Positions 34,171-47,083 of a stretch of 64,000 bases of DNA are shown here, one piece after another. The stretch is from Takakia lepidozioides (lineage: Eukaryota > Plantae > Bryophyta). The stretch's first letter is position 1. The number at the start of each line of letters is the position of its first letter. The DNA lies in assembly GCA_030704615.1 (NCBI GenBank), contig CM060733.1, forward strand, positions 57,164,001 through 57,228,000. The letters run 5' to 3'. Below the pieces are notes generated by a model. It did not search any database and was not told the origin of the DNA. It saw only the letters and a list, made by a program, of their open reading frames with translations. Made by a program: the position numbers and the translations under genes.

Positions 34171-36649
34171 CGGAGATTGCAAGCATTGGTGGCTACTTCC
34201 GCACTCCCATTCGATATTGCACCCTCTCTGCCAACCGGGACGGTGGAGGCAGTGAGTGGGGGCGAGCACATGATCATGGGATGCAAACACCCATGGAAGA
34301 TGTGGGATGAGATGCGCAAAGAAAGAGTCATTGGATCTCTCAAGCAGCAGTATGAGGAGTGGGGAGAGCCATACACTGAGGATCAATTGGAGGCCAAGGT
34401 GGCTAAGGTTTTTGAAGAGGTTGAGAATGTTTCTTCCCAAAAGGATGTTCTCAAGGTGGCTATGGCGGAGCAAGTGGAGGCTACGCCACGGTCAGGGTGG
34501 GTGGATAAAGCCCAAGAGGTTGATATCTAGCAACCAAAGGATGCGTCTCCTACTTCCAAGCCTGGTGTACCCAAGGTTGCAGTCACTGAGGACAACTGGG
34601 AACCAGATGTTGGACCTACAGTCACCGGAGGAGAGAGGCGGAAGATCCAGCAATTTCTAAGGGCTTATAGAAATTGCTTTGCCTTCGGTTTGAAGGATTT
34701 GGGGAGTTTGAAGGGCTAGGAGATTCGTATTGATTTGGCAAGTGACACGCCAATTAATCGAAGGCCCTACAGCACTACAACAAAAAGCGGCTTTTATGTC
34801 TCTGTGTTATGACTGCAAATGCAGTCATGGAAGCCATTTACGACTTCCTGACTCTGAAGACGTAAAGACCTAGTCAGTTGTGACATGGCAGATATGACTC
34901 TCCAGGCTGGCTGTGACGTGGCGCCTGAGCAGCTGTGGGGGTAGTCATACACGCTGGCTTTACTGAATGACTGAACGGACAATGTAATCCATGTCAGCGG
35001 CTGTGCAAGAGTGGCACGTGCTCGATACATGAAATGATACGTGGCAGAGTGTTTGCTCTCCATGACTGCCAACTATGACTACGGGAGTGCTAATCCGATT
35101 GCAACACGTGGCGCATTGTAATTTTTACACGTGGTCCCTCAGCAGATTGACATGTGTCATGATTGGTGTTTTCTGGGTGTATTGCTATTTTTTTTACATA
35201 TTTGTATTTCTGCCACATGGTGTAGTACTATTGGAGGGTGAAAATATATGTAGTCATTATTATGACTATGATAGTAGTCATGTACATGTCTATTACAACA
35301 ATGAAATATAATATATAATACAAAGAGAACAAGGCAGCAAGACATAACTGCAACAAGTTGAGCAAAACCAAGAGATTGTATACATTCTCTATTTACCAAT
35401 CTATTTATCATTATCATTTTGGTCGTGATCTAAAAATACACAAAATAGTCACATGTTCTCATGTGAATTATATTGTCTAACTATAACACTTTGAAAAGTG
35501 TTCACCCATAATCTTCTAACTACTCATGCTATTCCATCAATCTGCAACCTATCAAAAACTAAAGCTTGCATGGCTTTCAGAATTACTACAACAACGACAT
35601 CTATTTGTTTTCCAAGTTCTTGCATAAGATGCACCAACCAACATTGCATTGTGAGACACTCACTCGCTATACTCCAAAGCGTCCAGGGAAGGTCACTGAG
35701 CAACCTGCCAAGGCGGAAATAATTAAGAGAATTGTCTAATACCATATATGAAAAACCAATGCCAGTGTTATTTATGGTAACTTCTATCCCATGGACTCGT
35801 AAACAAACCAAAGCAAAAAGGTTGGTGTGTGTTGGCAAAGTCGTCAGATACTTCACAAAGAAACATGCACTAAAAATGAGAGCCAGGAGGATAGGAAGGT
35901 CACTCACGTTTATACAAAGACGTCTTGCCCATTGCCCAACACCCTGCGTCACCCACACTCTATCTCTACTCCTTCAGCTATCCATGCCTCTGCACAAAAT
36001 CAAGCATTCAACCTTGCCTTGCTACTAACAACTGACAATGACAGCCTACATTTGTTCTAGGAAACACCCAACTCAGCGTAGCACACTAGTTCCTATGTTG
36101 AATTGCGTCTGCTACTCTTTGAAATGTAGCAGGCATTCACCTTTCTGCCCCGGTTGACCCATCAGTGACAAGGCTCAGATAAGTATTCATTCCACAACTT
36201 CTCCTCATCTCTGTTACCTGTTTTTTGACACTTTCCTGTTGTCACATTGGCAGTATCATGTCAAAGTCACTCCAAACTAGATTCACTCAACCAGCTAACT
36301 TGTAGAATTGAACATGTAAATTTAGGGCCGATTCTGATAAAGAGGGAAAAACAGGGTGAAATGTGTTGAAGAAGATGCCTTCATTAGCAGTGCCTGATTG
36401 GTCCGGACTTGTGCCGTTGCTGCCAGTTGACCATCTACCCATGCAGGTTTCTTGTAGCTATTGATCCACAGGGAATCACAGGTAATCTTGTGCTTGAAAT
36501 CTGACCCTCTTGGACCCACACAAATCCCTACTCCTTCAGCTATCCATGCCTCTGCACAAATCATGCATATATCCTCACCTTGCTGCTAGCAGCTGACAAT
36601 GACAGCCTAAAATTGTCAAAGCAAACACTAGCAGGGAAAACAGGGTGAA

Positions 36650-37150
36650 ATATGTTGAAGAATGTACCTTCACCCCTTTCCCCATCATTTGCTTTCAGGT
36701 GTCCAAAGCCCCATCTTGCGCTCCTGCTCTGTACACCCTGCAAGCATCGCATTCCACGACACCACATCTGGTTCAGCCATAGTGTTGAACACTCCCTTAG
36801 CATCCTCAACGCTCCCACATTTAGCATACATGGCCACCAGAGCAATGTTCAGGATGACATCTGGTACAATTGCAGATTTGATGATGTTACCAGGGATCTC
36901 TTTGCCCTTTTCTAGGGCTGCCAGACGCATTGTAAACGCACACAAACGTTATGTCAACGGCCTTCACCCCTTCCCCCATCATTTGCTCAAAGGTTGGAGC
37001 CTCCATCCCGCACCCCAGCTGTGCATACCCTGCAAGCATCGCACTCCACAACACCACATCTCGTTCAGCCACAGTGTTGAACACTCCCTTGGCATCCTCA
37101 ATGCACCCACATTTGGCATACATGTCCACCAGGGCAGGGGCAGTGTTCAG
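36650..37150 (-). pseudogene. PPR fragments (two tandem modules) inside the CACTA element
   Basis: ALVDMYAKCGCIEDAKGVFNTVAERDVVLWSAMLAGYAQ and ALVAMYAKCGSVEDAKGVFNTMAEPDVVSWNAMLAG. Confidence 0.85.
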
Positions 37151-37499
37151 AAGGACATGTGGTAATTTGACAGGCATTCGCCTCCTGACTTGGCTGTTCC
37201 CAACCCATCCTGCCATTGGGAAGAGATTCCACAGAAACTGATAGTTGTCTATTTGACCCTATAACTATGTATCTCTTGCTTTCTTACAGCTTGTACTGTG
37301 ACACGCGTACTGTGACAGCAATCTATCAACCAACAAAATGACTAGGAATATAAATTGGACGCTGCCATACAATAACACAAACCCTACGGAGCTGACGGAG
37401 AAGCTTAGATTGTACTCATAAGACGTTGTTTGCCGTAGCCTTGTGGCCATTGACCCCGCGCCCAGTTTGAGCAGGAACAAAAGGAACAGAACCTACCTC

Positions 37500-40400
37500 C
37501 GTCAGGGGCTGACGTTGGTAGTAAGACTTACCATCATATAAGGAATTAATCCGGGTTTTCCAGATATCCTCTAGAAAACCCTTCACACAAGCATCAATCT
37601 GCTGTGTGTGATTTGCCCAAAAACTAGGCCTCAGGAGGGCCTAGGCTTTTGGCTCAGCCTCGAGACTTTCAAAGTTGGTAAACAGGGGTACAGGCACAAT
37701 TCCCTTGATAGAATTGAAGAGAGCGTCTCTTTGGTGAGAGAACCCCGGACAGCGTATCAGAAAATGAATATTGTCTTCAGATTGCCCACACAACGGACAA
37801 TTGCACTCTCCCTTTCCTCTCTGCTTCTGTTTGCTGTTCAAAGGTAGGCTTCCTGCCCTGAGTTTCAATTTCAGTCTAGTGCCGAGAGTGGGTAGACCCT
37901 TGAGGTCATCCAAGATGTCCACCCCCATGTCACTGACTGGAAACAAGTTCAGGGAAGTTCTCTGCCTAACTTCATTTTCATCAGACAATCTCATGGCAAC
38001 AAACATGGCTTCAGACACTACAGCCTCTAAGGAGATTGGTTGGAGTCTCCCCTATGCCTGCAAAGTCATCTGCAAACATAAGGGCTGGTATGGTGGTATC
38101 ACCCACCCTTAACCCAAATCCTTCACTTTCCACATCCTCGAGGAGTTGATTGATGAAAACATTGAAGAGCAGAGGGGAGAGAGTACATCCTTGAGCTACA
38201 CCTTGGTCTATGTCAAAGAAGTTGGACTTCTGTCCGTTAACAGTGACACAACTTTTGGTGTGAGCATTCAAGTTGTGGACAACTCTCCACATCTTTCCCT
38301 TGATCCCACAAGACCAGAGGCGGAACCATAGGCCATCTCTCCACACTATGTCATAAGCCTTTTTGACATCCAGGAAAAAAACATAAGTGGGTTTCCCTTC
38401 TTTTTTCCTTCCCTGAATAATCTGGCTTAGAGTGAAGATATGATCCACACAGCCCTTGTTTCGCCGAAAGCCAGCTTGGCCTTCGTGGAAACAACCTCTA
38501 GACTCGAGATCAACCTCGAGACGAGTACTTATAACTCTGCAGAATGTCTTGCCAACAGCATTGAGGAGCGTGATGCCACGGTAGTTCCCCGGTTCTTCTC
38601 TGTCACCCTTCTTGTATAGACTGACAATGACCCCTGTCGCCAGCGAAAGGGGATCATTTCAGTCTTCCAGATAAGGTTAAAGAGGAGAACTAGGGCCTCT
38701 ATCATGGGATCGCCACCGTGCTTGATAAGCTCGTTGACAATACCATCAGGTCCACCAGCTTTATATCCATTTAAATGTTCAATTGCTTCCACAATCTCAG
38801 AAGAACTAATGGGAGCGTTATAAGCCATTGAAATATACTCCAGTTCATCAGGGCTGTTTTGAATCATAGGAACAATTTTTCCAACTGTGTCCCTCCATTC
38901 AGCAGAAGACCCCTCACTGTTAGACCTAGAAGTTCTGCCAAGGATACTATAGTGATTTTCAAAGGTTTTGACAATGTCAACCGATGAAGTCACCACTGCA
39001 CCTTTAGTAGTCTTCAGCGCTTGTACTTGCTGACCGTTTTTAGGCTTGTACAAACGTTGAAGGGCCAACCAGAATTTCTTGTCATTACCACCATGGTGGT
39101 TTGAGTTTATTTCACTGTATAACTTATCCCAGTATAATTTCTTCCGAGACCTAACAAGCTGATTGATATCTTTCCGGAGCTGATAGTACCTCGCCCACAA
39201 TTCTCTGTTGGTTTTCAAATTGCAGCACTCTTTATAGAGGGCTCGTCTCTCAGCTATCTTGAGTTTGATCTCATTGGTCCACCAATTAACAGCTCTACCA
39301 CAGACAATTAGTTTCCTCCCAATGATCTTGTCAGCCACGGAGGAGACGAAACTCTCCCAAGAGTCCACTGCTCTTTCGACTTCATTTCTTGCGTTGTCAG
39401 AGCGAGACTGAAGTTCTTGGAGCGATTGGACAAAATGAGAGAGAGCCTCTTGCAAGGCCTGGACGTACTCAGCCTTGACCTCCTCATTATGGAATTTTTC
39501 TATGCGCCACTTCCGAATCGAACGTTTCACAGATCTGTTGGTGTTGGGAAAACACCTTTTGATCTCAGTCCAAACCAGGAAGTGGTCAGAGGTACCAATA
39601 TCAGTTCTATCGATCAACACATTGGCACACTGGGGAAACAAATTTTTGTCCATTATGATATAGTCCACAATGGAACGTTCCCCAGTTTGGGATTTCTCAC
39701 GAGTCCACTGCACTTGGTCACCTCTTGTCCTGTTATTCAAGGTCAAAAGCTGAAGCTCTTCCAGACAGTTAATTAACCATCTGCCATTAGAATTCAGCTC
39801 GTCCTCACCAAAAGGCCCAATGATATCGTCCTGATGGAGCCCTTTGCCCACCCGGGCATTGAAGTCACCCAATAGCACTACCTGACCTTTGGCAAGGAAC
39901 GAAGCACAGTCCAGCTTTACATCTTCGAAGGCTTTGTCTGCGTCAGCACTAAGGGTCCCCTCTGTGGGCATGTAAACACAACCCACAAAGAGGTCCTTCG
40001 TACTCATGCCGCCCTTCAGATTCAGTTTTAGCCAGATACTATGTTCGTACCTCAAACCCTTGTTGATAATTTCACAATTATCAAACAAGAGAACACGAAC
40101 AAAGAATCCAACCCCTTTATGACCGCGTTTGGCAGAGGCTGCCTTGAGAGTACACATCCTACCTGCCCATTTATAACCATTGACATCTCCAACCAGTTTA
40201 TCCGAAGTTTCCCATGTTTCTTGCCCAGCACAGATATGAATATCATTAGTCCGAAGGACTTGTCCAACTTCGAGTTGTTTCCTTTGGTTAGTAAGCCCTG
40301 AGAAGTTGAAAGTGGCCAGCCGCAAGCCAGCCCTTTGCATGTGAATTGTTTGTCGTCTAGGAGAAGCTTAGAAAGGAAATCTAAGGGGATATACAAGATG

Positions 40401-40630
40401 TCGTGCATCAAAGAAAGTAGGCTACGAAGACAGACATGACGGCGTTCAACCAAGGAAAAGCCACACCTTGCGATTGCGGTTGTCCCACCATCGTGAAGGA
40501 TCTTTAAGAAACTAATGCCAGCTCTGCTCCGTGCTGTAAAATCAGGGCTGAGCGGGTAGAGATTGAAACACGGCCTGCTAAGACGAAGCTGACTCCCATG
40601 CATGTTTGCCCTCACTCCCGCTCGCTCACT
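37500..40630 (-). mobile_element. LINE (APE endonuclease + RT + C-terminal CCHC), frameshifted and internally deleted
   Basis: 38529-40340: ATFNFSGL, GQETW, LLGDFNARVG, IVDYI, SDHFLV, KAGGPDGI. 38011-38448: FLDVKKAYD, GVAQGCTLSP, FADD. 37641-38018: CPLC..H...C. Confidence 0.92.
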
Positions 40631-41425
40631 CTAAGTCCCAACCATCTCTCTCTCTCCCTCCCAATTGCTCTAAGTCTGTTCACCCTACCGTGATGGGCAA
40701 CTTTTTAAGATTTTAAACCTTTTTATAAACCCTAAAAGCCCCTTTTTGATTTTTTTTCTTTTTTTTCTTTTCTTAAAGGAAACCACGGGCCCTTGAGGAG
40801 GGGGAAAATTTCACCCGCCTTCATTTATGGGCCATAAGACCTACAGGATGATCAACGCCCAGACATACCGTCATGAACAATCCCACATACAGGATAAGGG
40901 CAGCGGGTTTGAATCCCAAACCACCAGGGCGACACACTGTGCCACTTATTCTATCATGTGTTTTTCTTTAAATCTTTTTGCATTTTGTTTTTGTTTTTTT
41001 TAATTCATTCTAGTGGTCAGAGTCTCCGTTTTTTCAAAATATAAATACTCATATATTATATATATAACCAGAAAAGCATGTGTTGACACGTGCAGTCATG
41101 TAGTGATTCATCTATGTGATGATCTGGCAGAATGCATTAGAATGAGAGTCATGAAGTCATATGTCTGTCTAGCAATATGTACACGTCATTCCAGTGTAGC
41201 CATGACCGTGACTAGTAGTCATATCTGCCATGCCAATATTCGTGGTCAAACATGTTTGACCTGTGTTGCGCAGAGTCCGGAGCCATGCAGTCGCATATAC
41301 GCCTTCCCCAGACTTGCATTATGACTTCAAAAGCATTTTACGACTGCAAATGGCATTTCTGCCACAAATCTGCCATGACTACGCACCCATGGGAGTCATA
41401 AAAGCCGCAATCTGTTGTAGTGCAG

Positions 41426-42720
41426 GTATAGTGATATGGAGAGGTCTTTGATCCAGTCACGGACTATGGAGTTGTTTGAAGCTGGATTGGTGGAGTTGTC
41501 AGGCGGGGAGTATGCCTCGGCAACGGTGATGTCAGCTAAGAAGGATATCTATGGCAATTGGACAGAAAGGAGGATGTGTGGGGACTACCGTCCTGTGAAC
41601 CGTCAGACTAAGTCCGATAGATATGCCATGCCAACTCCAGAGGAGATCTTTGATGCCATTGGGCATGCAAAGATATTTAGCACATTGGACTTGCGATCCG
41701 GTTACCACCAGTTGTCAATCAAAGAGGCTGACAAACAAAAGACGGCATTTTGGGGATTGACCAACATGGGAAGGATTGCTTGTACCAATGGCGGTTCCTA
41801 CCGTTTGGGTTGAAGAATGCTCCTGCAGAGTTTCAGAGGGTCATGGATAGGATTCTTGCGGGGCTAGACTTCGCCCAGTGCTACATTGATGGCATCATCA
41901 TCTTTAGTGCTACGATTGAGGAGCACGAGAGACACCTTCAGGTGGTGTTTGAGCGCTTGAGAGCGCATGGGTTGAAATTGCACCCTGGGAAGTGCAAGTT
42001 CTTCCACAACCAGATTGAGTATCTGGGCCATATGATATATCCTGGAGGATTGGGTGTTCAAAAGACGAAGGTGGAGGCCATTGCACGCATTCCACGCCCC
42101 ATCGATGTTAGCAGAGTTCGTGCTTTCATGGGGTTGGCAAACTACTATCGACGGTTTGTCAAGGGATTTAGCAGCATTGCAAAGGCTCTTACCAAGTTGA
42201 CCAAAGTGGGTCAGGAGTGGCAGTGGGAGGAGGAGCAGGAGGAAGCCTTTGAGGAACTCAAGGCTCGATTGACTTCTGCGCCTATTCTGAGGCGGCCTAT
42301 TCGGGGGCGGTCTTTCCAGCTACATACGGATTGGAGTATGCTGGGGATTGGAGTAGTGCTCACACAGGTGGATGATGAGGGAAGAGAGTTCGTAGTGGCA
42401 TATGCTAGCCGCTCGAACAATGATGCCGAGGCGAAGTATAGTTCCTATGAAGGGGAGTGTCTAGCTGCAGTATGGGTAGTGACACATGATGCTACCTCTA
42501 TGACAATCTCTTCACCCTTGTCACGGATCACCAACCATTGAAGTGGTTGATGGAGTCAGACAAGCTTACAGGGAAGCTTGCACGGTGGGCACTTATGCTT
42601 CAAGAGTACGACTTCCAGGTGGTGCATCGAGCCGGAATAGTCAACCGGGATGCGGATGGATTGAATCGCAATCCATGCACAAGTGAGCTTGATGATACAG
42701 GAGCTCGTTGGCATGGTGAG
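41426..42720 (+). pseudogene. Gypsy reverse transcriptase and RNase H
   Basis: RMCGDYRPVN, FSTLDLRSGYHQ, LPFGLKNAPAEFQR, YIDGIIIFS, LHTDWS, YSSYEGECLA, LARWALMLQEYDF. Confidence 0.95.
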
Positions 42721-43039
42721 ACAGACGAGGAGATGGTGCTAGGATGGCATGCATCTGCCTTTTTATGCATTCTAGCAATGAGAGCTCAAGCTGGTCCATC
42801 CCATGCGATTGGTCATAGAGATAGTGTGCATGATGATCCAGAGATCAGTGAGGATCTTGGTGGTGTTAAGGATGTACATGAAGATGTAGCAGTGTTGGCC
42901 TACCTTTGTATTAGAGAGATAACAGCCAGTGTGACTGCTAAGGAGAGAGATCGGATCCTACAACGAGCCAAGAGGTTCAAGTGGGAGGGGACTTACCTAC
43001 TCCGAGTATGGGAGGATGGACGAGTGAGGATTGTGCCTC

Positions 43040-44130
43040 ATCCAACACAACGAGAGCGATTGGTACGCCATGCCCATGAGGAGTTGGGACATTTTGGGGT
43101 GCGACGTACTCATAGTTTGCTGCAAGGACAGTATTGGTGGCGAGGCATGCACACGGATGTACAACAGTTAGTGGCAAGGTGCATGGTGTGTGATAGAGTG
43201 CGGGCTTCTTTCAATGCACCTACTCCGCAATTGCATCTTTTATCCATTATGGGTTTAGGCTATCGTTGGAGTCTTGACTTTGCAAGCCCATTGTCACTAA
43301 CGATTCGCCATAATAAGTATGTGCTGGTGATGGTGGAACATTTCTCCAAATGGATTGAACTGGTGGCATTGCCTGACAAGGAAAGTGAGGGGGCTACGTA
43401 TGCATTCTGAGATCGAGTGCATAGCCAATTTGGTACTCCAGCCGAGGTACTCACAGACCAGGGGAGAGAGTTCTTGGGGGAGTTTCAGGTTTTGTGTGAG
43501 CAAGCCTTGATAGATCACCGCACTACTTCTCGGGATCATCTCGAGGCTGATGGCTTGGCCGAGATGGTTGTGCAAACAGTCAAGCGAGGCTTGTGCAAGT
43601 ATGGCTTGCAGAAGGGACACTTGGGAGATTGGGACCTTTAGCTACCTTGGTTGGCCATGAGTTACAGGTTTAACAAGCAAACATCACTTACCTCGTTCTC
43701 GCCTTATTTCTTTCTCTTTGGCCGAGAGCCAGATTTGCCTGCATCTATTCGCAGGGAGACTGCAGTGGTCCTCAACCTTGATGATCCGGATATGTGGACA
43801 CAAGCATGTGCCCAACGGGCAGAGTTGTTTAAGAGAGTCATGCCTATGGCTTTTGAGAACCTTGCTATTGCCCAGCACCGAGACACATTGAGGTACGTCA
43901 CTATACGTGGAGGGGGATATCGGCCAAGTGTTCGGCGTTTCCATCCTGGGGACTATGTGTATCTGCAGCAGACAACGCCTACGACCTTGGATGTCACAAC
44001 AGGTCGTGTGATTCTAAGGGTCCGGGAGGTGTTGCCTTCAGGAGTGTTGATTCTGGAGGGTCGAGATGCATGGTATGGAAGGACCATGTGCGCAATTGTG
44101 CGCCATGTCACCTTCCACATGTGGATGGGA
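43040..44130 (+). pseudogene. Gypsy integrase
   Basis: HEELGHFG...CMVC zinc finger, WSLDF, VLTDQGREF, DGLAE. Contains stops. Confidence 0.92.
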
Positions 44131-44164
44131 GGATAGATCCCAACCTTGCAGTGGTACCTGCAGG

Positions 44165-44320
44165 GTTGCGTTGCATGTATGTGGGTATGCTGGTGGTGCC
44201 GCGACCATGTTGGTGTGTGACAAATGCTCAAGGGGGTGGCACATGGGATGCTTGACACCGCCACTTGAGGAGGTTCCTAGTGGGGAATGGTTGTGTCCAC
44301 GATGCCTTAGACAGAGGTAG
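44165..44320 (+). pseudogene. PHD finger at the integrase C-terminus
   Basis: C..(frameshift)..MLVCDKCSRGWHMGCLTPPLEEVPSGEWLCPRC. Confidence 0.9.
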
Positions 44321-44577
44321 TGGGGCATGACAGTGGCGAGGTTGACAAGTGATCCAAGGTCTAGCTAACAGGAGTTCGATGCCATGGACAACCAATTGAA
44401 GCCATGGATTGCAGGAATGCGAGTAACGATGGGGCTACTTTTGCACCCGGCCTCTTGATCTATTTGCCTTCAAATACTGGACTTGGGCGATTGATGACCA
44501 CGCGATGATCTTATTGGGATGGATACTTGTCAGCTATCCGGTGTTAGAGGGACCTAATCACCAGCTAGGGGGGCGAT

Positions 44578-45178
44578 TGTGGTATAGCTTTCTAGGATTG
44601 TGTGTTTAGATTGTGTGGTGGACAACGATGTATGTTGTGGCACGATGCTTAGGTGCACGACAGCTGTCATGGTTTTAGTCATGGTTATCTAGAATCACCT
44701 ATTTCTAGTTAACTAGGACATTTTAGATATTTATATTTATATTTATATTTTGTGTGTTGGGACTTCATTGGGTCTCACATGCCAAGTGAGGTGTCGAGCC
44801 TCACTTGGGACATGGGGATAGGTTTTCCCCTTGTGAGGATGGAGGAGGCTCATCTTCTTGTAGTTGAGCCTCCATGAGCTTCTCTCACCTCCATAGCTCT
44901 AAGTATTGAGAGGGAGTGTGTTGAGGGCTTTGTAGGGTGGATTCCCTTAGCAATGGTGCCCTTGGCTTGACTTAGTTTATGTGATAGAGTGGATTTCACT
45001 TGGAAGGACTAGGGCTTGTTCTTAGTGTGATTGCTTCATGCTTTGAGAGTTTTCATTGTCTTCCATTTCTCTCATTTCTCATTTTTTATCTATTGTGGTA
45101 TAGTTTTATAGGATTGTGCGTTTAGATTGTGTGGTGGACAGTGATGTATGTTATGGCACGATGCTTAGGTGCACGACA
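44578..45178 (+). repeat. 3' LTR region with 85-bp direct repeats at both ends
   Basis: TGTGGTATAG...GTGCACGACA at 44578-44662 and 45094-45178, directly after the PPT. Confidence 0.8.
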
Positions 45179-47083
45179 CGATTCATATTCACTCAAGGTA
45201 TGTGAACGAATCAAGTGCACAGGTATGTACTTCCACTCAGCATTTAGACTACTTCAATGCAGATTACAACACCCACGTAACAGTTCTACACTGGCACACT
45301 GTAGTGTGCCATACCCAACTCCAAATGAGCCTACATATGATCTTGAAGAAATTTCGCACAACCCCAATGATTTCATTTCAGGTATACATATTCTGCATAC
45401 ACTACAGCTGAACTTGAATTGAATTCAAAGCGCTTTTGAATTCATTAGCATCATTGATACCTATTCCAAAACCGTTTTCTTTTGTCTACCACATGTCTTG
45501 TACATTAAGGTATAACATCCTAAAACCACCAACTTAAGCTATCTATGCTATTTCTGGTACTGCTATGAATAAAAACATATTTTCCCCTCATAGGAAGATA
45601 GTTTTCACGAGGAATGCATATTTTTTCATATTTTTATTCCAAGTATAGAAATTACTATTTATTTATTTTTATTTTTATTTTTTTGGAAAGTGAAAAGTAC
45701 TTCAGGATCCCACTTTGGTATATAGGTTCTCCCATTTCCACACTATGTAGTACTAATTTCTGCACATGATGCTACCAAAAACCACCAACATGTGTTCCCA
45801 TGCATTGGGGCTTGCCCCATCCAAACATATGTTGGAAGTTGCTTGAAACACTGAACCGTCATTTGTGTAATCTAATTCTGCTCTTTGATCCCAAAAAGTT
45901 GGAAAGTTGGTGGTTCCAGGGGAAGTCTCCAGTGTGGTTTTGGGGTATGTGGTGGTTTAATGTCATTCTACCTTACATATGATTTTGAATTTTTTATGTG
46001 TATGTTGCAGATCCGGTTATTGGGGTTGAACCTTCATTTTCTTCTGGCCTCCGTATAAACTATGCTAAAAATAATATGTCATATGTATTCTTTGATGTTT
46101 AAAATCCAGTTAATTCCTTGTAAATGCCCTTCAAGTGTAGCAGATGTCTTTGTAGATGCCCTTCAAGATATTTTGATTGCCTCTTTGAATAGTTTGCCTT
46201 GTCTACAAATATTTCTATTTATTTACCAAGCGCCTACATTTGGATATCTAAAATCTCCAAGTATTTATATAGTGTGACTTGTCGAGAAATTAGCATTGAG
46301 CAATGTAAATATCCTAAAGGGTGTACTTTTTGATGTTGAAGTTACACCCCACCAAATCTGCCAAGATTTTGAGCTCTAAATACGGTGCATACATTTTTTA
46401 TAAATGAATGATCAAATGGTTTGATGTGGATCAGATTTAACATGTCACTGCCTCAATGGGTTAACTATTACTTTGTGCGGTTGGATATTGAATTTAGACT
46501 CTGTATTGTATGTTGTACAGCATGGAGTTGAAAAATCAAGAAATTCCTGCATTTATCCAGAAACCACCTTGGAATCCAAAGGGTTGAAGTCATGGTTGTG
46601 GTGGTACTGCCTCGCGGGTGAGCCACCTCAAGTGCTGAAGACTATCATGTCCTAAAACAATTGTACTTCATAGTGGAACAAATGTATTTGAGTTACATTG
46701 TCGCTCCTGTACTTTTCAATGTTGTTGTCTTTTTGAAACCCTTGAACAGGCAAAGTTACATGTTACCAAATTTGAGAACACAGGTGTCAGTGTGAAACAA
46801 GATGTGAAGGAAATACTGGCCCACACAGCAGCCCTGCCTACAGAACCACAATGAAACCTGATTGTAAGGTAAGGTAACTATATCTAAAAGCGTCCTTTTA
46901 CCAAACTACAAATCTAAACTAAACGGTTTTCAAAATTTCCAGGGCCAATTATGTATGAGTGCTGTGATGCTGTGGAGTTTGGGGATGTTTAAAGCTGAGA
47001 CTCTAGGAGTATGTGCGGAGAGGGCAGCCTAGAGATACATGGCTCTACATGGCTCATATTACGACTTGCAACACCTAGAGAAA

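Larger units (their letters stand above)
34773..41422. mobile_element. Non-autonomous CACTA (En/Spm) element, 6650 bp
   Basis: TIRs CACTACAACAAAAAGCGGCTTTTATG and CATAAAAGCCGCAATCTGTTGTAGTG. 3-bp TSD CAG (34770-72, 41423-25). Subterminal ATGACT/AGTCAT repeats. Excision restores the RT reading RPYRYSDMERSL. Confidence 0.95.
29690..45178 (+). mobile_element. Ty3/Gypsy LTR retrotransposon (gag-PR-DNMT-RT-RH-INT-PHD), degenerate, 5' LTR not seen, interrupted by CACTA
   Basis: Domain order PR-RT-RH-INT. PPT AGGGGGGCGAT at 44567-44577 followed by a TG...CA terminal region. The start coordinate is approximate. Confidence 0.9.

Noticed and set aside
44578-45178. DIRS/Ngaro split direct repeats
   Set aside because: The element has a DDE integrase and PPT, and no tyrosine recombinase.
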